The position numbers and the translations under genes are program-made. Below the pieces are notes generated by a model. The model was not told the DNA's origin, searched no databases, and saw only the letters and a list, made by a program, of their open reading frames with translations. Below, piece after piece: positions 24,022-38,783 of a stretch of 64,000 bases of DNA; within the stretch, counting starts at the first letter, position 1; each line of letters begins with the position of its first letter. The stretch is from Octopus vulgaris (lineage: Eukaryota): the NCBI GenBank assembly GCA_951406725.2, contig OX597820.1, positions 41,230,001 to 41,294,000 of the forward strand, read 5' to 3'.

Positions 24022-26259
24022 CACAGCTCTTTTTATATAAAATTCCTCCATATATAAAGTCTTGTTTCTCTACCCTTTAACTTTGAATACAAGCAAGGTT
24101 TTCAATCGATTCGTGGCCGATAAACTAAATACGAACCATATATTTGGACTAATATAAGAAATAATTATTTTAAATGTCACCATAGATCGTAGAAGCGGTA
24201 GAGACTTAAATTAAGTATTTTGAAATATTTAGTATCCCCCATTATGTTTTGTCTCTCTTCAAATCCACTCGATTTTGCTAATACCTTCCATCTCTCAAGG
24301 GTCAGTCACATAATTGCCAACCATAGAATATTTTTTGCTCAATCAACGATAAAAAAAACACCCATCAGAAATATTTGTTGTCTTTACAAGAACCAATCAT
24401 TAACCATAAAGCAAGTGGATTATCAGTTAATTATTCCTTGACAAAATAATGTAAATAGTAACCCCTTAATGGTCTTGGGAAATGCACGAACGTCTCCATA
24501 TTTCATTGTTCTACGCATTTTCTATGAAGCATTGCTCTTATTTCAAAAGAGGTCTACATCAAAATATATAGTTACGTCCTCTAAATGTTCCTTCTTTTTA
24601 CTTTTCAATTCGTTAAAACTAACAGCTATTTTCACTTCACATATATTACAGTAATTAATTATTTATAATTTATAATTTCATTACACACACAAACACACAC
24701 GCATGTATATACATGTATGTGTGTGTATATGTATGTATGTATGTATGTATGTACGTGAATGCGTGTACACATACAAATACACACTTTATTTGCTTACACT
24801 GTATGTGTCTATCCCTCTTTTATTCCATTTTCATTCTTCTTGTCTTCCCCCATCTAATTTTGTCTGCCCTTTCAGTGTCTGTTTTCATTTCGCTACCCCC
24901 GCTCTTTCTTTCTCTTTCTTACTCACTCTTTCTCACTCCCTATCTACCCATTCCTTGCTTTCGTTCGCTCTTTCTCTTATGCTTTCTCTGTCGTCTCATT
25001 TTAAGTCATAATTAATAGCTCTATTTCTCATATGAATACTCCTCCCACTATCTCCGCTTTTGTTGCTCTATCGATTTATTTCCCCTTTCACCTTCTCCTC
25101 TATTCATCATAATACGACGTCAATTAGTATCGACAGCACTCCATTCGGACTGGAGACGAAGATAACAGCTTGACAACACAGAGAAACTCGGTGAATTTTA
25201 TCGACTGGTCATTAAACTTTCTGCTTTAAGTATTTACCAATTCACTGTCCCTATCATTCATTATCTCTATCCTCTCTTACACTCTTTCCACCCTTCTTTT
25301 TTTTTTCTTCCCCCTCAGTAGCAAGACCCAATGGCGACATAGCAACTGCAAATAAACTTCTATGATCTATTCATGAAAAGACCCAAGATTATAAAAGTGA
25401 GATTATTTAGCAACCGGATATGACGTATAAACGCACTAAACATCGCAATTTTGTAAAAGAATTTCTTGCAAGCAAGACAAAATTGTCAAGCTCGTTATAC
25501 TCACGATTTAAGTTCACTGACAGAGAAAGAAGGAACAACAGAAACGCTATATTCACAGTTAGTTTCGGTGACAAGCTGCCTACATCCGTTTTTAGCTGTA
25601 CACCAAGGCAAGTCCGACAGGATGGGTAAACAACGAAGAAAAAGAAATGAGGAAAAAAAAAACAGAAGAAAAGAAGCCGAGAGAAAGAGAGAAGAAGAAA
25701 CAACGAAAAGAAAGCAAACACACATGCTCGCGCGCACGCACGCACGCACGCACACATCTACACAAACACGCGCACTTTGAGAATAAGCTACTTATTGTAG
25801 TTTTGTGTCTCAGTGATATTAAGTAAACAGATGGAACTTATTTCAGAGGTCAGGTTTCCTTTGTACTCACTTTATTATTCATTGTAACAAATCTAAGCAT
25901 AAGCATCTTAGAAAGAAAACGAAAAAAAAAAAAAAAAAAAGAAACAAAACAAAGACGCATTTGCATACCTAATAATATCTAATACAGATTCGACACAATC
26001 GAAGTTTAATCGAAATCATGAGGAAAGCGAAATAACAGCGATTGTGATGATGGTGATGATGGTGATGATAATGATCATGGTGGCATTGCTGTGTATATTT
26101 TCATACTTGTTGTCATTAGACAGCGGTTACGCTAGGACAAAACGTAGAAGGTTTCGGTCAATCAAGTCTACCCAAGTACATATTTTAAACTCGTATTCAT
26201 TTTATCGGTATATTCTTCACGAGCTGTTTGGTTATGTTATAGGACTGTTATAGGACTAT

Positions 26260-26492
26260 AAGGTGGCGAGATGGCAGAAACATTAGCACACCGGGCGAAA
26301 TGCTTAGCAGTATTTCGTCTGCCGTTACGTTCTGAGTTCAAATTCCGCCGAGGTCGACTTTGCCTTTCATCCTTTCGGGGTCGATAAATTAAGTACCAGT
26401 TACGCACTGGGGTCGATATAATCGACTTAATCCGTTTGTCTGTCCTTGTTTGTCCCCTCTGTGTTTAGCCTCTTGTGGGTAGTAAAGAAATA
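26260..26492 (+). mobile_element. Full-length SINE family A with 17 bp TSD, inserted in an older family C copy
   Basis: GTTATGTTATAGGACTG at 26231-26247 and 26493-26509. A box TGGCAGAAACATTAG, B box GAGTTCAAATTCC. Decayed family C sequence flanks it at about 26098-26247 and 26980-27140. Confidence 0.92.
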
Positions 26493-26767
26493 GTTATGTT
26501 ATAGGACTGCACACAAGCTAGTGAAAGAACCTGTTTAATCGAGAATGTAAAAAAGGAGAAAGCAAAGTCTTCAGTGTGAGTATGTGGTTTGTGGGGTCAA
26601 CCGCGTCCTCACTTTATTTTTTGTTAATCACTCATTCTCATTTAATTGTATATATTTTAATTGGTTATTTATTCATACGTTTCGTCTCATTCGATACCCT
26701 CACTGCAACGTTTGTTTTGTCTGTCCCCGTATTGTCCCCTCTTTTTCTCAACCTTATGTGAATAAAG

Positions 26768-26808
<41 letters not shown>

Positions 26809-27956
26809 CACTCACTCACTCACACGCTTACTCACATAATATATGCATACATACATACATATATACATACATACATACATACATACATACATACATACAT
26901 ACATACACACGCGTCCATACATAAGTATGCAAGTACGAATAGACATACAAACATACATACAGATAACAGATATGTATGTTGGGCTTCTACACAGTTCTTC
27001 TAATTTAATCACAAGTTTGTGAATGAATCTGACCGAGGGTTATTAGGAGACACTTACGCAAGATGCTACTGTGGTTCTGAATACGAAGCCACGTGCTTGA
27101 GAAACCAACTTCTTAACCATGCACTGGTACCATTGCGCGTGCATGTGTGTTTTTGTGGGCTTGTGTGTGGATACTTGCGTGCATGTCTATGTATGTTTGT
27201 GTGAATATGTTTGAGTGTGTGTTTGTGTTATTGCAAGGACATGGTTTAATAACGTGTTATGTAACTAAATTTAACGTATTATATAGCTAAAATCGAAATG
27301 ATAACCATTGTTTTGCGTAGGTAAGACCAAAATGTCTATAAAGATATTCCGAATTGTGAAATGATTAGATTTTGAACGGGAATTGATGATTTAGATTTTT
27401 GATTCTTTAATGAACAACGATGTGTTTCAATTTGCTTCGGAGCCCTTTTACATGTCATAGACGCGTCGTATTTAGATTAACTACAAATAAATACTAAAGA
27501 GATATCAGACAGCATGTTTATTCACCTGACTCCAACAGGTACACCCAGAAGATAGAGTTGTTTAAATGAGTAAGCATCTGCTGACTACGAAGAAGCCACA
27601 GTGTATCTGCTGACTACGAAGCCACAGTGTTTGCACTCTCCTCATTTTAGGACACCAGATTCTCGGACCTAGTCGATTTCATCGAGAATAATGTTCGTAT
27701 TGTTTACCTCCGAATGATGGAAGGTGAGATTTGAACTCAGAATGAGAAGCGGAGCTACCAAACACTTCCCTTTAGCTCTATCATTTCACTTCAGTCACTC
27801 ACCCGCTATACACACGCGCGCGCGCCCATACACACACACACAAGAACACGCACGCGCGCATACAGACGCACGCATCACAAATGGACATACAGCGATAGCT
27901 AGTCATCCACACATATGTACATACATTCATAAAATATTTAGAAATTCTATCCGTGG

Positions 27957-28215
<259 letters not shown>

Positions 28216-28972
28216 ATTTATATACATTTATGTGTGTAAGTGTGCATGTAATATGTAAGTATGTACGTGTAGACGCAGGCATACACAGACAATTACATCA
28301 GCGGAAAGAGACAGAGACAGAGATAAAGGGAGGTGGAAAAACATTAGACTTACACAATATATAAGAAGGGTGCTATAACAATAGAATGAGGGTGGAGGCA
28401 AAATAAGAATAGAGACAGAAATCCTGAGATTGTGAGAGAAAAATATTCGTTGACAACGGGTATTAGAACGGTACTGGGATAGCGGGGAGAGTCAACCAAA
28501 AAAAAAAAAAAAAAAAAACCGAGGTGAGAAAGAGAGAAAGTTGGTTGGTGTTTAGAGTCTGGACAAGAAAGAGATAGTTATTCAGCCAAATATAAAGACT
28601 GACAGAAGAGAGAGAGAGAGGGGGGAGGGACAGAGAGAGAGACAGGAAAAGAGAAATGAGAATTAGATAAACAAATCTTACACTCTCACAAAGAAACAAA
28701 TACGTAAATGAATAGAAAACAAAAACAAAAAAAAAACAGACTATTTCTGTGACAGTTTTTGACAAACAAGTCTTCGAGAGACCGGCTGAATATTAGTAAC
28801 AATGGCTTTTGTGATTTTGGTGAAAATTCACCTTTGAAAATGGTCTTGAACAGGAAAGTGGACTGTGCCGTGAGAAAATAGCTTGGCGTGCCCTATAAGT
28901 AAGACTCGAATATCAAAGTATTAGAATTTGTTTGTTTCTTGTTTGTTTGCATGTTTGTTTGTTTTGTTTGTT

Positions 28973-29025
<53 letters not shown>

Positions 29026-29234
29026 ATGTTTGTGTCACTGTTAGTATGTTATTGTATCTACACACACACACATATATATATGTATATAAAACATAAATAT
29101 AACCAATTATATAGACAGATAGAAAGATAGATAGACAGATATTCACATAAATATAGTCACATGTGCATGTATCTATATATGGCTATTGTGTGTGTGTGTG
29201 TAGATAGAAACACATACATAATATCTCAATCTGA

Positions 29235-29290
<56 letters not shown>

Positions 29291-29854
29291 TGTGCATGGA
29301 TGGGTGGGGTGAGTGGTGTCTTTATGTATGCATTTATACATGAATTTATGTTTATGTGAAATGATTTCACAATTTGACAAGGAGAAATTTACATGTCTGA
29401 ATCTACAACCAGTCGCCATCGTCATCACTACGACATTTCCCCTTCAGGATTAGCACATTTCTTACTCTCGTTCAACACCTCTTGAGACCAAAATATGTAG
29501 ATTACAACTCATTATCAGAGAATGAGTTTGCAGTGGAACATAACAATCACATCTTTATTGAGGACTCAAGTAGCATATTTCATTCGAAGGAAGTTTTCAT
29601 CCCTCTAAACTTATCATGGACGACTTCATTTTTATTTCTAATCGTTTGTTATTTTTTGTTTCCATGGCAGCGAGCTGACAAAATTGATACAATATGGCAA
29701 TAACACCTGGTGGTAACTGTTCCGACGCTTTACGTTCTGAACTCGTAACTTTTGCATTTCAGTCCACCGGGGTGGATGAATTAATCTATCAGGTTATAGT
29801 GTACACCCGCAGTCCGCCCTTAAAGTTGCTGGCCTTTTCACTAAATTAGAGAAG

Positions 29855-29904
<50 letters not shown>

Positions 29905-29905
<1 letters not shown>

Positions 29906-30260
29906 CATGTGTTGTGGAATAACGCTATTCAACAGGGTGCATAACTCGGTGATCAGGAGTTTCTCTAGATCAAGCCCCCACTTCGCATCGAGATGTCACA
30001 GCTCCGGTGTTAGGACCGATTAGAATTTCGCAAGAAAAACGGATTATTCAGAACGGGCCAACCTTTCGGAGATTTAGGAACATACTAAGAATGAGATAGT
30101 TGGACAACATCCATGGTTTCAGTTGGTCATACTCACGAGTCCAGCCAGCAAGTGTAATGATGGTTACTGCTGGGATGGAAATTGCGGGGTGATATGGATG
30201 CCTGAGGGCGCTACCCTCACATTCTCTCACGAATAGTGGGCAAAGACGATGGATGGAGAT
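29905..30260 (+). mobile_element. 3' fragment of an RTE-clade LINE
   Basis: Peptides IKPPLRIEMSQLR and *LDNIHGFSWSYSRVQPASVMMV resemble the RTE/Expander C-terminus (PLLLRIERSQLRW..WLDNI..L.W.RLGI.P). The fragment ends in a GATGGATGG tail. Confidence 0.7.
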
Positions 30261-30754
30261 ATATATGTGAGTGTGTGTGTGTATGTGCGTGTGTGTGTGT
30301 GTTTGTGTGTGTGTGTATGTGTGTGTGTATGAAAATGTTTCACCAAATTTGATCCGGCTCTCTATGTTCAGTGTTTCAATCCTGCCTGCGAAAACTTTAC
30401 CTTTCATCCTTCAAAAGTTGACAAAATGATACTCACACTGAAATCCATAGTTTTAATTAACTTCACCCATAAAAAAGTTATTAGCCTTGCGCCTAAATTA
30501 GAAACTGTTTTCTTTTTATCTGGTCGCTCAAATAAACTAAATGCGAAGTTGTAAACTTTCGTGTCATAATGGGCAGGTGTGCTACCTAACTCGCATGGTT
30601 AAGAAGTTGCTAATCTCGTATTACTGTTTCATTGTTTCTACTGTTGGTTTGTGAAAATACTTTGAAATTTTATAGACGGTAACTACAAAATTTCGTCAGA
30701 CGAACACACACACACTTACAATCACATACATATGTATAAATGTTTGTGTATATG

Positions 30755-30792
<38 letters not shown>

Positions 30793-30814
30793 TGTAACTT
30801 TACATATTAGCGTG

Positions 30815-30861
<47 letters not shown>

Positions 30862-31046
30862 CAGTACTCCGCAAATGTTTTTCACTTGCGGCTCACTTAT
30901 ACTCTTTTCAAAATTCGGCGGCACACCTGAACTAAAAATATAGTTAAAAGTATAGGAAAAAAAAATTATACTCAGGTTATAGTGCGGCACACATAGCATC
31001 GTCTCGTAACACACCAATGAGTAGCAGCATACCGATTGCGGAACAT

Positions 31047-31048
<2 letters not shown>
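30862..31048. mobile_element. hAT/Charlie-like MITE, 187 bp, inside a (TA)n tract
   Basis: TIRs CAGTACTCCGCAA and (reverse complement) CAATGTTCCGCAA. Repeated GCGGCACAC-like subterminal motifs. The 8 bp flanks are ATATATAG and ATATATAT. Confidence 0.72.
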
Positions 31049-31084
<36 letters not shown>

Positions 31085-32938
31085 GCATATATATATTCAT
31101 ACATACATACACACACTCATACATACATATACAGAGAGAAATAAACACAATTTTGTAAATACAGCTAGTAATGGTATATAAATAATTCACATATATCGTA
31201 TGGCATGTGTTTCTTCGTTTTCGTTTTGCAAGAAAACAATAGATGCGTTGTGTCGCGCAGATGATGCACGAGGATGTACATCGGCAACGATAAGATCTCA
31301 AGCTGTGACGAAAGAACTTTTACAAACAGTTCCTTCATTTATCATCGATTTGCTTGTTTACTAACTACCCAATTGATTTATAATAAAACTGAAGCGAAAT
31401 ACATCTAATGCATTGTATTTAGCAACATGGCACTTCTAAAGTACATGTGTGTGATGGGGTGCATGTACTGCTTTACTTTTAAGAGTTGTACTTAGTTTCA
31501 GTACAGACCGAAATTTGATTTAGGTGAAAGCTATTTCATCTGTTTGATGGCATGAGACCGGACAAAATCATTGCTCATTAAAGAGGTATTTTATGGAGTT
31601 ATCGACAAGTTTGCAAGCATAATAGTACTGCTCCTCAGATTCATACTTTTAATAAATATATTGAAGTACCTCCACGTGCTCAATCGGTATTCTAGAGATA
31701 GCAGCAATGTTTCTCTCAAATCATGCACCGTTGCTTCAAAAACGATACATTCTTATAAAAAGATTAGATGCTCAAGCTGGAATACTTTACATCGCATGTC
31801 AGCTTTGACATGGTGCGAAACAATAACAAAAACAACAGTATAGTAAGGAATTTTCGTATTCATTTATGAATGAAAGACAATAGGCTGTAAATTTAGAGAC
31901 ATATTTGTAAATGAATGAGACCGGGTTAAAATATTTTTTACGACAGAAACAATTGACAGCATTATTTTACTTCATTAGTTTTCCGGACATTAATTATTAT
32001 ATGAAACGGTTGAGGTATATCTCCAAAATAACATAATGCCTGTTGGTGATATTATAAAATGTGAGATCACAAATATTCGTTGGTATTAAAATACTCACAA
32101 CGGTTGGAGTTTTTTTTTTTTTTTTTAAAGGTAACTAGAGATATATATTAAGTAAAAAAAAAACTATAACTGAAAAAGAATAAAAGTGTTACGAAGATTA
32201 TATAAATATACAAACAAAAATCAATATCAAAAATAATTGGAATGGTTTGTGTTCCAGTAACTAGAAGGATATTTTATGAGATGTCGTAAAGTACGTCAAA
32301 TGAAACACGATCACCTGTTTATCATTAAAGAAAATACCACCATCACAAACATCATCATCATTATCGTCGTCATTATCATCATCAACAGCAATAGTATCAA
32401 CAAAGAAAATTCAACACGGTTGCACTTATCAATTTTGATTTACATCTTTGCAATAGTAAGCAAAGGAGACATCGTGGTGTGCATGCCTTTCTGGAAATAG
32501 TAGAAACCTAACTCAAAGCGAAATATATATTGCTGTTTATCGCCAGGTTTAACTGATTGATTAGACTAATGATCAAAGTCTTTCAATCCCGTATTTTCTC
32601 TCCAGGTATTGTATATCTAGGACTATATCATCCAACGTGTCATTCCATTTTGTAGGACTCTAGGAAATGATTTGCGAGGGATTTAACTGCATGCTATTTC
32701 TAACAGGTTGAGTGAACACGATAATGTACTTTTGTATTGGTTGGCGAAATATACGTTTAATTTCTTCATACTAGTTTATCATCAGAATGATCAAGCCAGA
32801 ATAAACCATTCTAATTTTTTTAGTCCATCATCAGCTGAAGATCAAAGACGTTCAAATCGCAATCAACACTTTTCTTTCCCTTTTCTTTCAAGAGTGAGAG
32901 GGGGAATAGATAGAGATAGATAGAATATATATATATAT

Positions 32939-33011
<73 letters not shown>

Positions 33012-33186
33012 GAGAGGGGGGTGCTCTTTCATATTTAAGACAGAACGGTCTTATTTGATTGCTGTTTTCTCTTAGGTCAAGAAACCACGTATACAGCCCA
33101 TGAATAGACCATGTACTTCGTTAATAGAACCGTCTAGTATTAATCAATCGTCTTCACAATTTTTGGGACTTGTATTATCATTATTG

Positions 33187-33302
<116 letters not shown>

Positions 33303-33303
33303 T

Positions 33304-33665
33304 GTGGTTTCCTTTCATTATAACTTTATTTCAGCTACCTTAGGACCATTTGCTACGCATGCTAAAATTATCACCACATTTAGTTCATTTTAGATGGAGA
33401 GTGCATTCCGTAGTATATGGGCTGTACTCATCAAGGTTATCTTTTGTACTTCACGGATATTGGGGTTACCAGGGAATTGCATAATATACTTCTCAGCTCC
33501 CTTCTTTATCATTCTCAACGCACCAATTACTACTGGTATTATCGTTGTACTAGTTTTACACACTTTTGTGATTTCAATTTGCAGGTTTTATAGTGGGAAA
33601 GCTTTTCGTATTCCTTTCTTGAGACATTTTGATATTGTGGGACAGGTATATCTATTAACAGATAA
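33304..33665 (-). mobile_element. 3' end of an R4/Dong-like retrotransposon (restriction-like endonuclease plus 3' UTR) embedded in (TAA)n
   Basis: LLIDIPVPQYQNVSRKEYEKLSHY, then a frameshift, then LQIEITKVCKTSTTIIPVVIGALRMIKKGAEKYIMQFPGNPNIREVQKITLMSTAHILRNALSI* (stop at 33390-33392). (TTA)n lies on both sides (33174-33302, 33667-33813). Confidence 0.88.
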
Positions 33666-33719
<54 letters not shown>

Positions 33720-33750
33720 TTTGTTGTTGTTGTTGTTGTTGTTGTTGTTA

Positions 33751-33811
<61 letters not shown>

Positions 33812-33814
33812 CAT

Positions 33815-34222
33815 CATGGCGGTGTATTGGTAAAACCATTAGTGAGTTAGAAAACGCCTTACGGTATTTGTTTTGAGTCCCAATCTCGTCAAAGACAACG
33901 AAGGCGCGGTGAATAAAATAAAGTACAAGTCAAGTACTGAAGTCAATGGTATTGACAAATCACCTCACTTCAAAACTGCTGGCCTTGTGTCTAAGTTGAA
34001 AACAATCATGAAGGCGTCGAGAGGGAAGAATCGATAAGGCTTAGGAAAAACACTTTGTGGTATTTCTTCCTTCTCTTCACATTCTGAGTTCAAATACCGT
34101 TGAGGTCAAGTACATAGTTCACCACTCCAGGTTTATAAAGTACCAGTCAAGTACTGAGCTGTATGTTATCATATCAATTCCTTCCCTCAATAATTTTTGG
34201 TTTTGTGCCCAAATTAGAATAA

Positions 34223-34278
<56 letters not shown>

Positions 34279-35050
34279 CATCATTATCATTATCATTATT
34301 GCTGTGGATTGGCTGATTGCCTTGTGGTATTTCTTCCGAACCTTTATATCCAGAGTTCAAATTGGAGTAAATTTTGCCTCTCATTCTTTCAGAGTCGATA
34401 AAATAAAGTACCAATCATATACTGGGGTCGATACATTGACTGAGATAATTCTCCCAAAGTGATGGCCTTGTACCAAAATTTGAAGCCAATATTAAGGTAA
34501 TTAATTAATAGAATATTAGAGCGTCGAATAAAATGACATGCTATTTTTTGTGACTGTTTAGGCTTTGATTTCATATCCGCCTGATGTCAACTTTATATCT
34601 CTTCCCCTCCTGGACAGGCACAATATTGTATCAGCACTGGTTCGATGTAATCGACTAAAATCATTTCTTAAAATTGCTGGTCTTTTGCCTAAATCAGAAA
34701 CGACTATCATTATTTGATTGGTGGAATTATTACAGTGTTATACAAAATACCTTCCGAAATGTCTTTTGCTGCTTTACATTCTATGTTGAAATTCCGCCAA
34801 AATCTGCTTTGGATTTTATTCTCCTAGGATCTATAAATTAAAGGGGTCATTCAAGAACCTGGTCGATGTTATAGATTGTTTCTCTTATTCCAAATTTCTG
34901 GTCATGTTAGAAATTTTTATTATAGGTTTTTTATGTGTGTGTCGTAAAATTTCATCCTTCTGATATTGATAAAATACAGTAGCAGTCAAGTACTAAAGTG
35001 TTCTTATGAATCGACTATCATAAAAAAGGGGTTGGGGGAGGTAATCTAGT
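33815..35050 (+). repeat. Head-to-tail array of about 6 strongly diverged SINE A-related units
   Basis: The motif string GAGTTCAAAT...GATAAAATAAAGTACCAGTCAAGTACTG...GTCGAT...TGGCCTTGTGCCNAAATTAGAAAC recurs about every 190-250 bp. Confidence 0.75.
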
Positions 35051-35279
35051 GCCTATTTCATAAATTTCAGTCATGTGTTCAATTTATTGTAGTGTACGCA
35101 ACTTAGCAGCAACTATAATGTTAAATTAAGCTTACCTCCCCTTCCCATTGTCGCACCAATTAAATATGACAGGCCTTATTAAAATATAAACAAACAAAAC
35201 TTAATAAAGGGTAGAATTAGGACAAACATAACCCCACCGCCACAACCACAAAAAATACGACACAAAAAGAGAGAAAGAG

Positions 35280-35317
<38 letters not shown>

Positions 35318-35535
35318 ATATCAGAGTATCATGAGCAAAGAGCAGTTTAGTTTCTTCAAAAGAAGCATATAAAATATTCATAAGAGAGCGGGGGTGAATG
35401 GAACAAAGACAAATATATAAAAAAAATATAGAAAAAGCAATTTCATCGATTTTCTCATGTGCTAATTTCATAATGCAAATTTCCTACGCATTTAGACATA
35501 TACACACATACGGTGTGTGTGTGTGGGGCGCGTGT

Positions 35536-35566
<31 letters not shown>

Positions 35567-36048
35567 CGTGTGTTTGTGTATGTGTGTGTGTGTGTGTGTG
35601 TGTGCGCGTGCGCGTGAGTGTATTTATATGGTATCAAGGTACAAAGACATCCGGTAGAAACGTTAACACGTTGGACAAATTGCTTTCTCTGGTTTATTTT
35701 TCTCTCTTTTTTTTTTGAAAAATTTTCATTCTGGCTCTTTGCATTATAAGTTCAAATCCTGCAGAGATCAACTTTGCCATTTGTTCATTCAGTGACGATA
35801 TGATAAAGCACGAGCCAAATATTGGCGCCTATTCCTCATCTCTCTCAGAATCGATTGCAGTGCACTCTGAGAAGGAGTGAGCAGTAGGGAATTTAAGAGC
35901 AACCCTTTTTCTCCGTGACAACCACGTCCACTCTAACACAAAGTAAAAACATAGTCATTGAGTGAGACCCTGGTGGAGTATGGTACAGAAGGATGATGAT
36001 GGTGATGATGAAGATTTTAAAATTACATGTACACATACAACATATACA

Positions 36049-36086
<38 letters not shown>

Positions 36087-37858
36087 CTTTTATCTTAGGT
36101 TGTGCTAACTGTTTAACACACATAGGCTTTGATAAGCAAGAAATGTGTTCACTATTGTAATATATTAACGTACTTTACACGTCTCTCTCTCCTTCACAAT
36201 CCATCTCCCCATTTTCTATATCTCTGAACTTAAATCTAATTTATGTAAATCAAACAAAATCTGATATAGATACATTAAATTTTGCATGCCTCATTTGATC
36301 TATCATAAATATTATGTACAAGCTTAATCTGTGATTGCCTAGTAGCCACTCCAAGAGGTGAGTTTGTGCTCATTATCATGAAACAGCATTTATGCAACAA
36401 CCTTTAAGAACCCGCACCTTGAGCATTGAGGCATATATATTTCGTTACATACTCTATAATCCAATCTTTCATCCGTGAACTAAACTTTCCGTTAACAGCA
36501 ACAGTCGCGAGAAAATCCATCTATATTCATGAGTTCTTACCAAACATTAATTGACACTCATACAAGGTGTGTATTAATTATACTAATGTCCATCCAAGCA
36601 TTCTATTCTTCAAATCTTAGGAAGTCTCATAGAGCCTATTAGCTCAAATTGCGTTCACAACTAACACTACCATTGCATGCATACCTGTAAAGGTGAATTT
36701 CCTCATTCTGTAAACTCCCTGTGTATCTGCGTAATTTTATCAAATATTAACCTGAATACAAAAGATCTCGAATGGAAAGGTTAAGCTCGCGCATCTGTGG
36801 TAGAACTGATAGTACTAACAAGCATTCCCACAAGTGCAAGTACAAACAGATGCACGAACATATAATGGCTTGTGATCAGAATGCGTTTATGTAATTTTCC
36901 TTTATACTATACAAACATCAACAGTTCCAAACATCGCACTCCACCAATGCAAATGAGATTTCCAATGGAATATAAGCTCTGTCTATTCTCCGTTAAGATA
37001 AAAGAAAATAATCAAGCATACATCATCTCCGATTATATACCTGTATAAAAACAAATTGACGGAAATGTATATACGTTTATTTTTATTTTTTTATATTACA
37101 GCTCCCTGTTTTATTTATAAACGGGGGAACAAAACCAGTGTGCATTACATTTGTCACTCTCCCATAATAAGGGAGACCGATTTGTCTCCAGGAATAGTCA
37201 ACGAATTAGTAATGCAAAAAGTTGTTCTTCTCCACTGCAGTTAAAAATAAAGAAAATACAACACCAAGAGGCAAAGTAAAACGAAAAAGAGAGAAAAATA
37301 TAATTGAGAAAAAAGAAAACAAAGTAAAATTAGAAATAGGGTTGTTCACCAATAGCCTTACCTTTAATGTTTTCCAACAGTTTTGGACTGTTGCACTCGT
37401 TCGGAGTAGGTGATGGGGTCCTTTCGGTGCTCATCTCACTCTCACCACTTGATAAACTTTCCTGTAATAGAGAGGAAGTGAATTTGATGTGACTTGCGAA
37501 AGAGAGAGGGGCATAGGGATATTATTTAGAGTAACGTTTCCAGTGTTCTCAGTTTATTTCAAGATACTACCGACAGTCTTAAAATGTGACTAAAATTTCG
37601 GATTTACAATGCTCGCCCTTAGTAAAGCGACGTCGTACGTTGATAAATATGAAAGCAAAAAACTTAACCAGTTTTTATATATTAATATGACTTGGAGGCA
37701 ATGTTATAGAAAATAAGATGAAGAACAGACATTTATTTTGTGAGATCCGTTTCCTTTCATATTGCCACACCCCCGAGGTGTAACATAATGCACATCGTCA
37801 AAAGCAAATCAGACAAATGCGTCTCTAACTAGCATCAGTATACGATAGGGTTTCCGCC

Positions 37859-37859
<1 letters not shown>

Positions 37860-37953
<94 letters not shown>

Positions 37954-38145
37954 ACACACACTCACAAACACAAATAGACATGCCTATATAATCAGTAATA
38001 GAAACAGAAATTTGTGAGCCCATAAGCACACATATGCCCTCTTTCGCACACACACACCCAAAACACACATAGACATACCTACACAATCAGTAATACAAAC
38101 AGAAAGTTGTGAGCACATAAGTGCACACACACACACACGCACACA
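37860..38145. repeat. (CA)n microsatellite plus a ~94 bp-period duplication
   Basis: AATCAGTAATAGAAACAGAAATTTGTGAGCCCATAAG at about 37990 and AATCAGTAATACAAACAGAAAGTTGTGAGCACATAAG at about 38085. Confidence 0.8.
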
Positions 38146-38358
38146 CAAATTTATAGATGTGGTTACATACTTACCTATATGTATGCCTTTGTGTGTGTGT
38201 GTATATGTAGGCATATGCAAATATGTATGCATTTATGATTATATAATGCAATCAGATATAAACAAAAACACAGATACCTACAAACATTCACACAAACGTC
38301 AATAAACGCACACGCACATTTACACACATAAGCGCGGGCACATACCTATACACATATG

Positions 38359-38390
<32 letters not shown>

Positions 38391-38641
38391 CAAGTACGCG
38401 TGCTCGTGCACATACGCAATTCACATACACACCTGTGAGTATGAATTGAAACGTAGCAGAAAACAGTCCCTAAGGCGCAAAGGTTGGATTATCATCCCAA
38501 AATAGACAGCGAGAATAGAGTATTGAACATATTTCTTTTCTTTATGAAAAAAAAAAAAATTACACCCACAGACATATTTCTACCCACATACGGAAACGTA
38601 GAGATAATAAGCATTAAGACATAGATACAAATATGTATGTA

Positions 38642-38694
<53 letters not shown>

Positions 38695-38705
38695 ATATAC
38701 AGATA

Positions 38706-38739
<34 letters not shown>

Positions 38740-38745
38740 TATCTG

Positions 38746-38783
<38 letters not shown>

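Noticed and set aside
27575-27630. Short tandem duplication ATCTGCTGACTACGAAG(AAG)CCACAGTGT x2
   Set aside because: It is real but an ordinary local slippage duplication with no further structure.
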